A stretch of DNA of 64,000 bases from Thermodesulfobacteriota bacterium (GTDB taxonomy: Bacteria; Desulfobacterota_D; UBA1144; Nemesobacterales; Nemesobacteraceae). Position 1 is the stretch's first letter. The number at the start of each line of letters is the position of its first letter. Below are positions 55,585 to 64,000 of the stretch, in pieces. The DNA lies in assembly GCA_965243595.1 (NCBI GenBank), contig OZ251569.1:1994381-2058380 (forward strand). The letters are read 5' to 3'. The notes below the pieces were generated by a model that was given only the letters and a program-made list of their open reading frames with translations, was not told the DNA's origin and did not search any database. A program made the position numbers and the translations under genes.

Positions 55585-58015
55585 AGTCCTTCTCGGCGAT
55601 CCTGGCCACGGCGGCCACGAGTTCGTCCCGCTCGAGGTTTATGACCTTGACGCCCTGGGAGGCGCGCCCGGTACTTCGGATCTGCGAAACGCTCGTTCTT
55701 ATGACTTTCCCACCGAGGTTGCTTATGAGCATTATCTCCGCGTCGTCGGTCACCTGGAAAGCCCCTACCACCTTTCCGTTCTTCTCCGTCACGCTCACCG
55801 TCTTGACCCCCACTCCTCCCCTCTTCGTAAGCCTGTACTCCGAGACCACGGTACGCTTTCCAAAGCCCATCTCCGTCACGGTGAGCACCTGGGCTTCGGG
55901 GTTCTTTATGACCTCGAGGCTGACCACGTAGTCGTCTCCCCGAAGCCTTATGCCCTTCACTCCCATGGACGCCCTGCCGGTGTTTCTCACTTCGTCGCCC
56001 CCGAACCTTATCGCCTGGCCGTTTCTGGACGTGAGAAGCACCTCGTCCTCCGCGGAGGCGAGCGACGCCCCGACGAGTTCGTCCCCTTCGCGTATCCTGA
56101 GCGCTATGATTCCCCCGGTACGCGGGCGGGAATAGGCCGAAAGCTCCGTTTTCTTGACCACTCCCTTTCTCGTGGCCATGACGATGGAGAGATCCTCCTC
56201 GAACTTCTGGACCGGAAGCACCGCGGCCACGCTCTCTCCCTTTTCGAGATTGAGAAGGTTGACCATGGCTTTTCCCCGCGCCGCGGGACCGGCCTCGGGA
56301 ACCTGGTAGACCTTGAGCCAGTAGCATTTGCCGAGGGTCGAGAAAAACAGTATGTGGTTGTGGCGGGACGCTATGAACAGGTCGTTTACGAAATCGGTCT
56401 CCTTGGTGCCCATTCCCCTTCTTCCCTGGCCTCCCCTTCTCTGGTTCCTGTAGACGCTGAGCGGCACGCTCTTTATGTAGCCCTCGTAGGTCGTGGTGAC
56501 CACCATGTCCTCGTCGGTTATGAGGTCCTCGATCGATATCTCCTCCACGTCCTCCACTATCTCGGTTCTTCTCCCGTCCGCGAAGCGCTCCCTGATCTCG
56601 CCGAGCTCCTCGACGGCCAGGTCGAGTATGAGCTTTTCGCTCGAGAGTATCTCCCGAAGCCTCCTCACGGTTTCGAGAAGCTCCCGTCTCTCCTCGAGTA
56701 TCTTGTCCCTCTCGAGCGCCGTGAGCCTCTGGAGGCGCATCTCCAGGATGGCCTGCGCCTGTCTTTCCGAAAGCGAGAACGTCCGCACGAGACCTTCCCT
56801 GGCGGCCGCCGGACTCTCCGACGCCTTTATGAGCTCGACCACTTCGTCGAGGTTGTCGAGGGCTATCTTGAACCCCTCGAGAATGTGGAGGCGCTCCTCG
56901 GCCTTTCGAAGCTCGTACTGGGTCCTCCTGGTGATGACTTCCTTTCTGTGGTCTATGAAGCTTGCGAGAAGCTCCTTGAGGGTGAGAACCCTGGGCTGGT
57001 TTCTCACGAGCGCGAGCATTATGATCCCGAAGGAGGTGTACATCTGCGTGTGCTTGTAGAGCTGGTTGAGCACCACCTGGGCGTGCTCTCCGGCCTTCAC
57101 GTCGATCACGAGCCTGATGCCCTCCCTGTCCGATTCGTCCCTTATGTCCGTTATGCCGGTTATCTTGTCTTCCTTCACAAGCTCGGCGATCTTCTCCGCG
57201 AGCCGCGCCTTGTTCACCTGGTAGGGAAGCTCCGTGACTATGATCACGTCCTTTCCCCCCTTTTTCTGCTTCTCTATCCTGACCCTGGCCCTGACCCTGA
57301 CTATCCCCCTTCCGGTGGCGTAGGCCGATCGGATGTCCCGCCTTCCGCTCACGAACCCCCCGGTGGGAAAATCAGGCCCCGGCAGGCGCTCCATGAGCTC
57401 GTCCACGGTGATGTCGGGGTTTTTTATCTGGGCGACCGCGGCGTCGAGCAGCTCGCCGAGGTTGTGGGGAGGGATGTTGGTCGACATGCCGACCGCTATT
57501 CCCGAGGAGCCGTTCAGAAGCAGGTTCGGCACCTTGGTCGGAAGGACGCTCGGCTCGAGCTCTCCCCCGTCGTAGTTCGGATAGAACTCGACCGTCTCCT
57601 TGTCGAGGTCGTCGAGCATCTCCGAGGAGATCCTGGCGAGCCTGACCTCGGTGTACCTCATGGCCGCCGGGCTGTCCCCGTCGATCGAGCCGAAGTTGCC
57701 CTGACCGTCGACGAGCGGAATTCTCATGGAGAAATCCTGGGCCATCCTCACCAGCGAGTCGTAGATGGCGGAGTCGCCGTGAGGGTGATACTTCCCCATC
57801 ACGTCTCCCACCACTCTCGCGGACTTCTTGTAGGGACGGTTCCACGCGTTGGACGCCTCGTGCATGCCGTAGAGGATCCTCCTGTGGACGGGCTTCAGGC
57901 CGTCGCGCGCGTCGGGAAGCGCCCTTCCCACTATCACGCTCATCGAATAGCTGAGATAGGACTCCTTCATCTCGTCTTCGATGTTGACTGTCTGCACTCT
58001 GGGGGAAACGTCCAT
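55583..58015 (-). CDS. gyrA: DNA gyrase subunit A
   Basis: 810 aa with ...[33 protein letters not shown]..., active-site region AAMRYTE, a GyrA-box-like QRRGGQG motif and C-terminal beta-pinwheel repeats. Confidence 0.95.
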   Translation of the reverse strand: MDVSPRVQTVNIEDEMKESYLSYSMSVIVGRALPDARDGLKPVHRRILYGMHEASNAWNRPYKKSARVVGDVMGKYHPHGDSAIYDSLVRMAQDFSMRIPLVDGQGNFGSIDGDSPAAMRYTEVRLARISSEMLDDLDKETVEFYPNYDGGELEPSVLPTKVPNLLLNGSSGIAVGMSTNIPPHNLGELLDAAVAQIKNPDITVDELMERLPGPDFPTGGFVSGRRDIRSAYATGRGIVRVRARVRIEKQKKGGKDVIIVTELPYQVNKARLAEKIAELVKEDKITGITDIRDESDREGIRLVIDVKAGEHAQVVLNQLYKHTQMYTSFGIIMLALVRNQPRVLTLKELLASFIDHRKEVITRRTQYELRKAEERLHILEGFKIALDNLDEVVELIKASESPAAAREGLVRTFSLSERQAQAILEMRLQRLTALERDKILEERRELLETVRRLREILSSEKLILDLAVEELGEIRERFADGRRTEIVEDVEEISIEDLITDEDMVVTTTYEGYIKSVPLSVYRNQRRGGQGRRGMGTKETDFVNDLFIASRHNHILFFSTLGKCYWLKVYQVPEAGPAARGKAMVNLLNLEKGESVAAVLPVQKFEEDLSIVMATRKGVVKKTELSAYSRPRTGGIIALRIREGDELVGASLASAEDEVLLTSRNGQAIRFGGDEVRNTGRASMGVKGIRLRGDDYVVSLEVIKNPEAQVLTVTEMGFGKRTVVSEYRLTKRGGVGVKTVSVTEKNGKVVGAFQVTDDAEIMLISNLGGKVIRTSVSQIRSTGRASQGVKVINLERDELVAAVARIAEKD

Positions 58016-58150
58016 CGCTGAAAAGCCCTCCGGTTAAAGGGAACGGTTGCGAAACGAGCCGGTTGGAGGGATAGTTTACCCGAACGGGACGCCGTTTTCC
58101 AGCGCGGCGGGGGCGGGCGGTGGAAAGGCCGCGGGGACCGGGACTTCGAA

Positions 58151-58696
58151 ATGCGCGTGCTTACCGGAGAATCGAAGGGAAAAAGGCTCAGGGTTCCGGG
58201 AGGAGGCGCGAGGCCGACCGCGGGACGGGTGAGGAAGTCGATTTTCGACGCGCTCGGGGCGCGAAGCGAGGGCGCCTCGGTTCTCGATCTTTTTTCGGGC
58301 TCCGGGAGCCTCGGAATCGAGGCCCTCTCCCGCGGGGCGGCCTTCTGCGCGTTTGTCGACGACGACCCCGCCGCGGCCGGGGCGATACGGGCGAATCTCC
58401 GCTTCTGCGGCTACGCGGAGCGGGCGAGAATCCTCAACTTTGATTTCAGAAGGGCATTGAGTATTTTAAGGGCGGAGGGGCTTGCGTTCGACCTGGTCTT
58501 CGCCGACCCTCCTTACGGTTTCTACGACGCGACGCGGCCGGGCGAGCTTGTGCGGAAAATCCGGGACGTTCTGCGCGGGGAAGGAACCGCGATAGTCGAA
58601 CACCCGTCCCGGGACGCCGCGGAGGCGGGCGGGTTCGAAACCAGGACCAGGAAATACGGAGGCACTTCGGTGAGCTTTTTCAGGAGACGCGATTGA
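58151..58696 (+). CDS. rsmD: 16S rRNA (guanine966-N2)-methyltransferase RsmD
   Basis: MRVLTGESKGKRLRVPGGGARPTAGRVRKSIFDAL...VLDLFSGSGSLGIEALSRGA...VFADPPYG is the RsmD pattern with the DPPY catalytic motif. Confidence 0.85.
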   Translation: MRVLTGESKGKRLRVPGGGARPTAGRVRKSIFDALGARSEGASVLDLFSGSGSLGIEALSRGAAFCAFVDDDPAAAGAIRANLRFCGYAERARILNFDFRRALSILRAEGLAFDLVFADPPYGFYDATRPGELVRKIRDVLRGEGTAIVEHPSRDAAEAGGFETRTRKYGGTSVSFFRRRD

Positions 58697-59184
58697 GCTC
58701 GAGGACGGTAATCTATCCAGGGTCTTTCGACCCCTTCACGAACGGACACCTGAACATAATCTCCCGGGCGGCCGGCGTTTTCGACGCGATAGTCGTGGCC
58801 GTGGGGAGAAACGAGTCGAAAAGGACCACCCTTTCCATGGACGAGAGGGTCTCGGTGATCGCCGAGGTGCTGGGGGACTACGAAAACGTCGAGGTGGAAA
58901 GCTTCGGGGGACTGCTGGTGGACCACATGAGAAAACGAAACATAACAACGATGCTTCGCGGAATGAGGACCCATTCCGACTTCGAATACGAACTGCAGAT
59001 GGCGACGGCCAACAGGCTCATGAACGACGAGGTGGAAACGCTTTTCATGGTGACCGACAGCAGGTTCTCCCACATAAGCTCGTCCCTCATAAAGGAGATC
59101 GTCTCCCTGGGGGGCCCGGCCGGGGACCTCGTGCCGCCCGCGGTGGAGAAAAAACTCGCGGAGAAGCTTCTTCCGCGGTCATAA
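58693..59184 (+). CDS. coaD: phosphopantetheine adenylyltransferase
   Basis: VIYPGSFDPFTNGHLNII (T/HxGH), then RGMR....FEYE and ISSSLIKE; the start overlaps the rsmD stop. Confidence 0.9.
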   Translation: MSSRTVIYPGSFDPFTNGHLNIISRAAGVFDAIVVAVGRNESKRTTLSMDERVSVIAEVLGDYENVEVESFGGLLVDHMRKRNITTMLRGMRTHSDFEYELQMATANRLMNDEVETLFMVTDSRFSHISSSLIKEIVSLGGPAGDLVPPAVEKKLAEKLLPRS

Positions 59185-59201
59185 AGAACGGAGGTGACCG
59201 G

Positions 59202-60398
59202 TTGATGAAACTTTCAGGCAGGGTGAGAAACCTCAAGCCCTCGGCGACGCTTTCCATAACGGCCAAGGCCAAGGCGCTTCGCGCGGGCGGAGTGGACGTC
59301 ATAGGCTTCGGGGCGGGAGAGCCCGATTTCGACACTCCCGATAACGCAAAGAAAGGCGGCGTGGAGGCGATCGAAAGCGGCTTCACCAAGTACACGGCCG
59401 TGGGGGGAATCGACGAGCTAAAGGACGCCATCATAGAATCCCTGAAAAAGGACCATTCCCTTGAGTACTCGAGGGACGAGATACTGGTCTCCTGCGGGGC
59501 CAAGCACTCGATATACAACCTGACCCAGGCGCTTTTCGAACCCGGAGACGAAGTCCTGATTCCCGCCCCCTACTGGGTCTCCTACCCGGACCAGGTGGCT
59601 CTCGCGGGAGCGACTCCCGTGACAATGGAGACAGAAGAGCGGGATCTTTTCAAGATAACCCCCCGGGACCTCGAGCGGGCGACAACCGGACGCACGCGCG
59701 CCCTCGTCCTGAACTACCCCTCGAACCCGACGGGAACCACCTACTCGCGGGAGGATCTGGAAAAAATAGTGGAGACCGCCCTGGACGCGGGTCTGGTGAT
59801 AATCTCCGACGAGATATACGAAAAGATAGTCTACGGGGACGCCGAGCACGTTTCGGTGTGCTCCCTTTCGGAGAAGGCGAAGCGTTCCACGATACTCGTA
59901 AACGGGGTCTCGAAGTCCTACTCGATGACCGGATGGCGCATAGGCTACGCCGCGGGCGACAGAAACGTCATAAGCGCGATGTCGAAGCTCCAGGGACAGT
60001 CTACCTCGAACCCCTCTTCCATATCGCAGATGGCCGCCGTGGAGGCGCTTCGCGGTCCCCAGGACGTTCTCGAGAAAAGACGGGGAGAATTCGAGAAAAG
60101 GAAAGACTTCATAGTGAAGAGGCTCAACGAGATTCCCGGAATGACCTGCTTCGACCCCATGGGAGCGTTCTACGTGTTTCCGAGCATAAGCGGGCTTGCG
60201 GGGAAGAAATGGGAACACGGGGAAATAGACGGATCGATCTCGTTCACGGAGTTTCTGCTCGAAGAGGCCAAGGTCGCCGTGGTGCCGGGAATAGCCTTCG
60301 GAAAGGAAAACCATCTCAGGATATCCTACGCCACGTCCATGGAGAACATAGAGGAAGGAATGGACAGGATCGAGCGGGCGGTGGGAACGCTCATTTAG
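59202..60398 (+). CDS. class I/II PLP aminotransferase (aspartate/aromatic aminotransferase-like)
   Basis: GEPDFDTP, NYPSNPTGT, ISDEIYE and the PLP-lysine SKSYSMTGWRIGY. Confidence 0.85.
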   Translation: MMKLSGRVRNLKPSATLSITAKAKALRAGGVDVIGFGAGEPDFDTPDNAKKGGVEAIESGFTKYTAVGGIDELKDAIIESLKKDHSLEYSRDEILVSCGAKHSIYNLTQALFEPGDEVLIPAPYWVSYPDQVALAGATPVTMETEERDLFKITPRDLERATTGRTRALVLNYPSNPTGTTYSREDLEKIVETALDAGLVIISDEIYEKIVYGDAEHVSVCSLSEKAKRSTILVNGVSKSYSMTGWRIGYAAGDRNVISAMSKLQGQSTSNPSSISQMAAVEALRGPQDVLEKRRGEFEKRKDFIVKRLNEIPGMTCFDPMGAFYVFPSISGLAGKKWEHGEIDGSISFTEFLLEEAKVAVVPGIAFGKENHLRISYATSMENIEEGMDRIERAVGTLI

Positions 60399-60465
60399 AC
60401 TTCCGACCCGGTTCCCGAAAACCTTCCGCACCCGCGGGCCCCGTCGCGGACGCTCCGCGGGAACG

Positions 60466-60492
60466 GTTCCGCAACCGGGTTTTTTCTTCGCA
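60466..60492 (+). terminator. possible weak intrinsic terminator after the aminotransferase
   Basis: The short hairpin cggtt-ccgc-aaccg is followed by gggtttttt; the stem is only 5 bp, so this is a weak call. Confidence 0.3.
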
Positions 60493-60560
60493 ACCGGCGT
60501 TGATTAAGCAAGAAAAACATGGTAAATTTCTGACATTCATCGGCAAGACGAGGCGGAGAC

Positions 60561-61196
60561 ATGAGCGGCACGAGCGACAGAATCATAAAAAGGATATCCT
60601 CGAACGACAACGAAAGATGGGTATGCACTCCCAAGGACTTTCTCGACCTGGGAAGCCGCGCGGCCGTCGACCAGTCTCTCTCGCGCCTGGTCAGGTCCGG
60701 CAGGCTGCGCCGGGTCGGCCGGGGTCTGTACGACATCCCCAGGCCCAGCACCATCCTCAAGGGACCCAGGCCGGTCGATATCTACTCGGCCATAGATGCG
60801 GTCGCGAGACGGGACGGCGTGCGGATAATGCCCGACGGCATGGTGCCCGCGAACCGGCTCGGTCTGACGACCGGGGTGCCCGCCCAGGCATGGTACGTGA
60901 CGGACGGCCGTTCGAAAACGGTCGATATCGACGGAATGACCGTCCGGTTCAAGCATGCCGCGCCGAGCGTCATGTGGTGGACGGGACGGCCGGCTGCTCC
61001 CGTGGCCCAGGCTCTGAGGTGGCTCGGTCCGCATCTCGGGACGAAAGCGAAGGAAGAGACGATTTCGATTCTGAGGGACGTTCTCCCGGACTACGTGAAA
61101 CTCGACCTGCTGAAAAACTGCCGGCACCTTCCGGCCTGGGCGATCCCCGTCGCGCGCTGCGTCGCGGACGGCGGGACGGTTGAAGAAAGTGAATAA
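60561..61196 (+). CDS. abiEi: AbiEi-type antitoxin-like transcriptional regulator (type IV TA / abortive infection AbiE)
   Basis: wHTH-like N-terminus followed by ...LSRLVRSGRLRRVGRGLYDIPRPS..., the conserved AbiEi_4 motif (RGxY). It overlaps the downstream AbiEii-like ORF by 17 nt, as usual for abiEi-abiEii. Confidence 0.6.
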   Translation: MSGTSDRIIKRISSNDNERWVCTPKDFLDLGSRAAVDQSLSRLVRSGRLRRVGRGLYDIPRPSTILKGPRPVDIYSAIDAVARRDGVRIMPDGMVPANRLGLTTGVPAQAWYVTDGRSKTVDIDGMTVRFKHAAPSVMWWTGRPAAPVAQALRWLGPHLGTKAKEETISILRDVLPDYVKLDLLKNCRHLPAWAIPVARCVADGGTVEESE

Positions 61197-61605
61197 ATCC
61201 TTTGAATCCTTTCTGGCCCTCCCGGAGGGGGAAAGACGGGACGCGATCGAAGCGGTGGCAATCAGTCTCAGCGCTTTGGCCGTACATGTGGAGAAAGATT
61301 TCTGGGTCTGCCTGGTCCTCGACATGCTCTACAATCGGCTGCCCGGCGGCCATCCGAAGCTTCTCTTCAAGGGCGGAACCCGCCTGTCGAAGGTCTTCGA
61401 ACTCATTCAGCGGTTCTCCGAAGACATCGACATCGTGGTCCACAGAGACGATCTGGGATTCAAAGACGACCGCGACCCGACGGCGACGGACAACCTCTCG
61501 AACAAGAAAATCCTTTTCACGTTGGAAAATTCTTCAACACGGTATTCAGACACTATCTTCACCTGTTTTTCACTCCGATTCGTCAGCTTTCCGATCTGCT
61601 TTTAG
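61180..61605 (+). pseudogene. truncated AbiEii/AbiGii-family nucleotidyltransferase toxin gene
   Basis: The N-terminal 100 aa carry the family signature LLFKGGTRLSKVFELIQRFSEDIDIVV (GG..L......RFSEDID), but the ORF ends at 141 aa (about 280 aa expected). From about 61500 the DNA becomes AT-rich and the translation turns to nonsense (…TIFTCFSLRFVSFPICF*). Confidence 0.55.
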
Positions 61606-62058
61606 TGATTCTTCCATGATTTTTTCCGGGGATTTGCTCTGAATCGAGCACTTTTTCTCAACGGCATTCTGACGTAAAGCCTCGTACTCTCCCTTCATCT
61701 GGGCGTACTCATTGGCTTCCTGTGAATTTTTACCTTCCAAGAAGAGCAGGCTGGGCCAAAATACGAGAAGTCCAAGTATTCCTTGCCACCTGTCGGTATC
61801 GCTTTCGTGTTTCAGGCGCCTGTACAACTCCTGAGTTCTTCTGCCGACATGGTCCATTTCCATCGCGATTTGGTCGCAGTCATGCTTCGCATATTTCAAC
61901 GGAGACACGTAAATTGCTTCTATTTTCTTCGGGGAGACAGCACAGGCTGACAATAGGGAAGACGTAACTACCGTAATTACGAAAAGTTTAAACTTTCTTC
62001 TGGTGATTGAATTCCGACTGCACCTCAAACGAGAAACACGTTCACCCCTCGCCCTCAT
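61570..62058 (-). CDS. hypothetical lipoprotein encoded on an AT-rich insert
   Basis: …RRKFKLFVITVVTSSLLSAC|AVSPKK is a lipobox (LLSAC) after an n-region and h-region; the rest is Lys/Glu-rich. The start is uncertain (ATG at about 62058 or a TTG 9 codons later). GC is about 45%. Confidence 0.45.
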   Translation of the reverse strand: MRARGERVSRLRCSRNSITRRKFKLFVITVVTSSLLSACAVSPKKIEAIYVSPLKYAKHDCDQIAMEMDHVGRRTQELYRRLKHESDTDRWQGILGLLVFWPSLLFLEGKNSQEANEYAQMKGEYEALRQNAVEKKCSIQSKSPEKIMEESLKADRKADESE

Positions 62059-62168
62059 TTTCAAGACGGCTCGCAATAAATGCATCCTAACACCTCCTCC
62101 GTAAATTTCCAACAGACTGGAAAGCATACTTAAAACTGCAACATAACAAAAAACCGCAAGCGGAAAAT

Positions 62169-62624
62169 TCAGGAACTCGTTCCCTCTTTTCTAATGTGTT
62201 CAACCAGCCCCAGAAGCCCCAGGTAGTAGCTCTCCGCCCCGAAACCCGAAACGACCCCGAGCGACACTCCGGAGACGAAAGATTTGTGCCTGAAGTCCTC
62301 CCTGCGGTATATGTTGGAGAGATGAATCTCGACCGCGGGCAGTCCCGTCGAGAGGATGGCGTCCCTTATGGCGACGCTCGTGTGCGTGTAGGCGGCAGGG
62401 TTTATGATAAGCCCGTCGAACTTTCCGCGGGCCTGCTGTATCGCGGTGACTATTTCCCCTTCCGAGTTCGACTGGAAGAAGGAAAGGCTGACGTCGCCGT
62501 CCGCAACCTCGGTTCTGGAAACCAGGAAGGATTCGATCTCCCCGAGCGTGAGGCTTCCGTAGAGCTCGGGCTCCCTTTTGCCGAGCATGTTCAGATTCGG
62601 ACCGTTTACGACGATTATCTTCAT
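62169..62624 (-). CDS. aroQ: type II 3-dehydroquinate dehydratase
   Basis: [23 protein letters not shown]...[11 protein letters not shown]...[17 protein letters not shown]...VEIHLSNI is the canonical AroQ pattern. The real start is the ATG at 62622-62624; the 305-aa track ORF is an over-extension. Confidence 0.9.
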   Translation of the reverse strand: MKIIVVNGPNLNMLGKREPELYGSLTLGEIESFLVSRTEVADGDVSLSFFQSNSEGEIVTAIQQARGKFDGLIINPAAYTHTSVAIRDAILSTGLPAVEIHLSNIYRREDFRHKSFVSGVSLGVVSGFGAESYYLGLLGLVEHIRKEGTSS

Positions 62625-62677
62625 GGGCGCGCACCCGCGACGGTAATGATAATTAAACGGCCCGAAAAACCAAGCGG

Positions 62678-63376
62678 TCAGGCGTCCCGCCGGGCGGACA
62701 TGATAGCCCGTATCTCTTCGCGCTTCCGGCGGCAGGAGTCGTTTTCGGGGTCGCGGGCAAGGAGAGTCTCCAGCATCCCGAGAGCGTCCTCGTAGAGTCC
62801 CTGAGACACGTAGAGGTTCAGCATGGCGTCGGTTTCGAAAAGTCCGCCTTTCGGTTTTTTCTCCCTCTCGGCCTCCGCGCGGAGCCGCTCGAGCTCGGAG
62901 ACCTCGGCGGCGGAGACGGCCCTTCCCCCCGAAGCGGAGTGAAGCGCGGACGCGACCTCGTGGGCCCGGTCGAACTTCCCCGCGCTTCTGCATATCCTTA
63001 TAATAAGGAGGGAGGCTTCCTCGTGCCCCGGCTCGAGCTTGAGGGCCTTTTCCAGTTCCTCTTCGGCCGAAACGGTCTTCCAGCACATGAGATGCGCCTT
63101 GGCGAGAACGACTCTCGCCCCCGCGCGGTCTCCCTTCTTCGCGGTGAAATCGCGGACAGCCCGCCTGGCGGACCTCACTTCCCCCGAGGCGAGGAGAACC
63201 TCCGCCAGCAGAAGAAGCGAATCGGAGTCGGGAAACGTTTTCGCCGTGTACTCGTATCTTTCCCGAAGCGCGGCAAGTTGTTCCGAGCTCGGGGGATTTT
63301 TTTTCTTCATCGGAAGTCTCGGCCTTTTTCCTCCGCCGCGTTCATCCAGAATACCGAAAGGACCCTCGGGGAACAA
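62678..63376 (-). CDS. tetratricopeptide-repeat protein
   Basis: Repeated A/L/E-rich 34-residue helical pairs (…[23 protein letters not shown]…, …[25 protein letters not shown]…); the likely start is MKKKNPP (about 63310). Confidence 0.55.
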   Translation of the reverse strand: MFPEGPFGILDERGGGKRPRLPMKKKNPPSSEQLAALRERYEYTAKTFPDSDSLLLLAEVLLASGEVRSARRAVRDFTAKKGDRAGARVVLAKAHLMCWKTVSAEEELEKALKLEPGHEEASLLIIRICRSAGKFDRAHEVASALHSASGGRAVSAAEVSELERLRAEAEREKKPKGGLFETDAMLNLYVSQGLYEDALGMLETLLARDPENDSCRRKREEIRAIMSARRDA

Positions 63377-63382
63377 GAGGCG

Positions 63383-64000
63383 TCATCTCTTCCTCCCGCC
63401 GGGGAAGAACACGCGCGTCTCTCCCACTCCCAGCGCCCGGCAGACCGCGAAGTAGAAGGCTACGCCCGAGACGACCGCGGCCGCCATCCACAGTCCCTTG
63501 GAAAGGGAAAGTCCCGTCTCGTTCCAGGAAGAGAACCCCGCCACCCCTGCCGCCAGAAATCCCGTCGCGGCGGAAACCGCGAGAATTTTGAGAAAAAACC
63601 GGAGAACGTCCCGCGAGAGAAACCGCCCCAGCCTGCCGTTCAGGAGATACAGAAGCGCGAGGAAGTTCACGGCCGAGGAAATCGAGCTCGCAAGCGCGAG
63701 GCCGAAGTGGTCGAGGGAGAACGAAAACCCCAGGACGTAACCCAGCGAGGCGTTGAGAACGAAGGCGAAAAACGCGACGACCACCGGGGTCTTCGTGTCC
63801 TGCAGGGCGAAAAATGCGGGCACAGTCACCCTGATTCCCGCGACGGCGAAAAGTCCCGCGCCGTAGCCCAGAAGAGCGTCGGCGGTGTTCACGACCGCCG
63901 CGTAGTCGAATTCGCCGTGCTGGTAGAGAAAGTTGCATATCGGAATCCGAAGCGCCACGAGCCCCGCCATCGCGGGCACGATCACAAACAGCATCCGCCG
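63383..64000 (-). CDS. murJ: lipid II flippase MurJ-like polytopic membrane protein (C-terminal part; N-terminus beyond window end)
   Basis: A series of TM helices with …PAFFALQDTKTPVVVAFFAFVLNASLGYVL… and a C-terminal basic tail, resembling the MurJ/MviN C-terminal lobe; assigned from memory. Confidence 0.5.
   Translation of the reverse strand, partial: RRMLFVIVPAMAGLVALRIPICNFLYQHGEFDYAAVVNTADALLGYGAGLFAVAGIRVTVPAFFALQDTKTPVVVAFFAFVLNASLGYVLGFSFSLDHFGLALASSISSAVNFLALLYLLNGRLGRFLSRDVLRFFLKILAVSAATGFLAAGVAGFSSWNETGLSLSKGLWMAAAVVSGVAFYFAVCRALGVGETRVFFPGGRKR

Noticed and set aside
55089-56327. 412-aa ORF presented as one gene
   Set aside because: Only the last about 165 aa (hotdog thioesterase) are real. 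The upstream part overlaps gyrA in another frame.

Overview
This 64-kb window is from a high-GC (roughly 63-67% in housekeeping stretches) bacterial chromosome. About 70 protein-coding genes, one tRNA-Gly(GCC) and no rRNA, CRISPR array, transposase or integrase are recognisable. Conserved housekeeping blocks include bioF-bioA and bioB, prs-rplY(ctc)-pth, the H+-pyrophosphatase hppA, rpsF-rpsR-rplI, a Thi4-type thiazole synthase, ridA-htrA, def, aroE-ribF, trkA-trkH-lgt, a prohibitin and recJ. Further along are mltG-proB, a sirtuin, a GST, gyrA, rsmD-coaD, an aspartate aminotransferase, aroQ and the 3' end of murJ. Between these blocks sit several short, markedly lower-GC (about 42-50%) segments that look horizontally acquired and mostly encode conflict systems. 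The most striking is a roughly 4.5-kb island (38707-43262) carrying two tandem, diverged copies of a Septu-like pair (AAA_15/21-type ATPase plus HNH nuclease); its last gene is translationally coupled (TGATG) to a housekeeping decarboxylase operon. Other islands carry a three-gene Dam-type MTase / ParB-domain protein / PD-(D/E)xK-like module between trkH and ribF, and a Panacea-domain antitoxin with an unknown partner splitting the bio locus. There is also a ParDE pair, two HigBA modules (one with a decayed toxin), and an AbiEi gene whose AbiEii partner is truncated by an AT-rich insertion. Several proteins have no recognisable family (305 aa at 7225, 434 aa after def, 466 aa next to the nspC-like decarboxylase, 253 aa Cys-rich at 16889). 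All calls rest on reading the supplied translations and DNA by eye; no database search was run.
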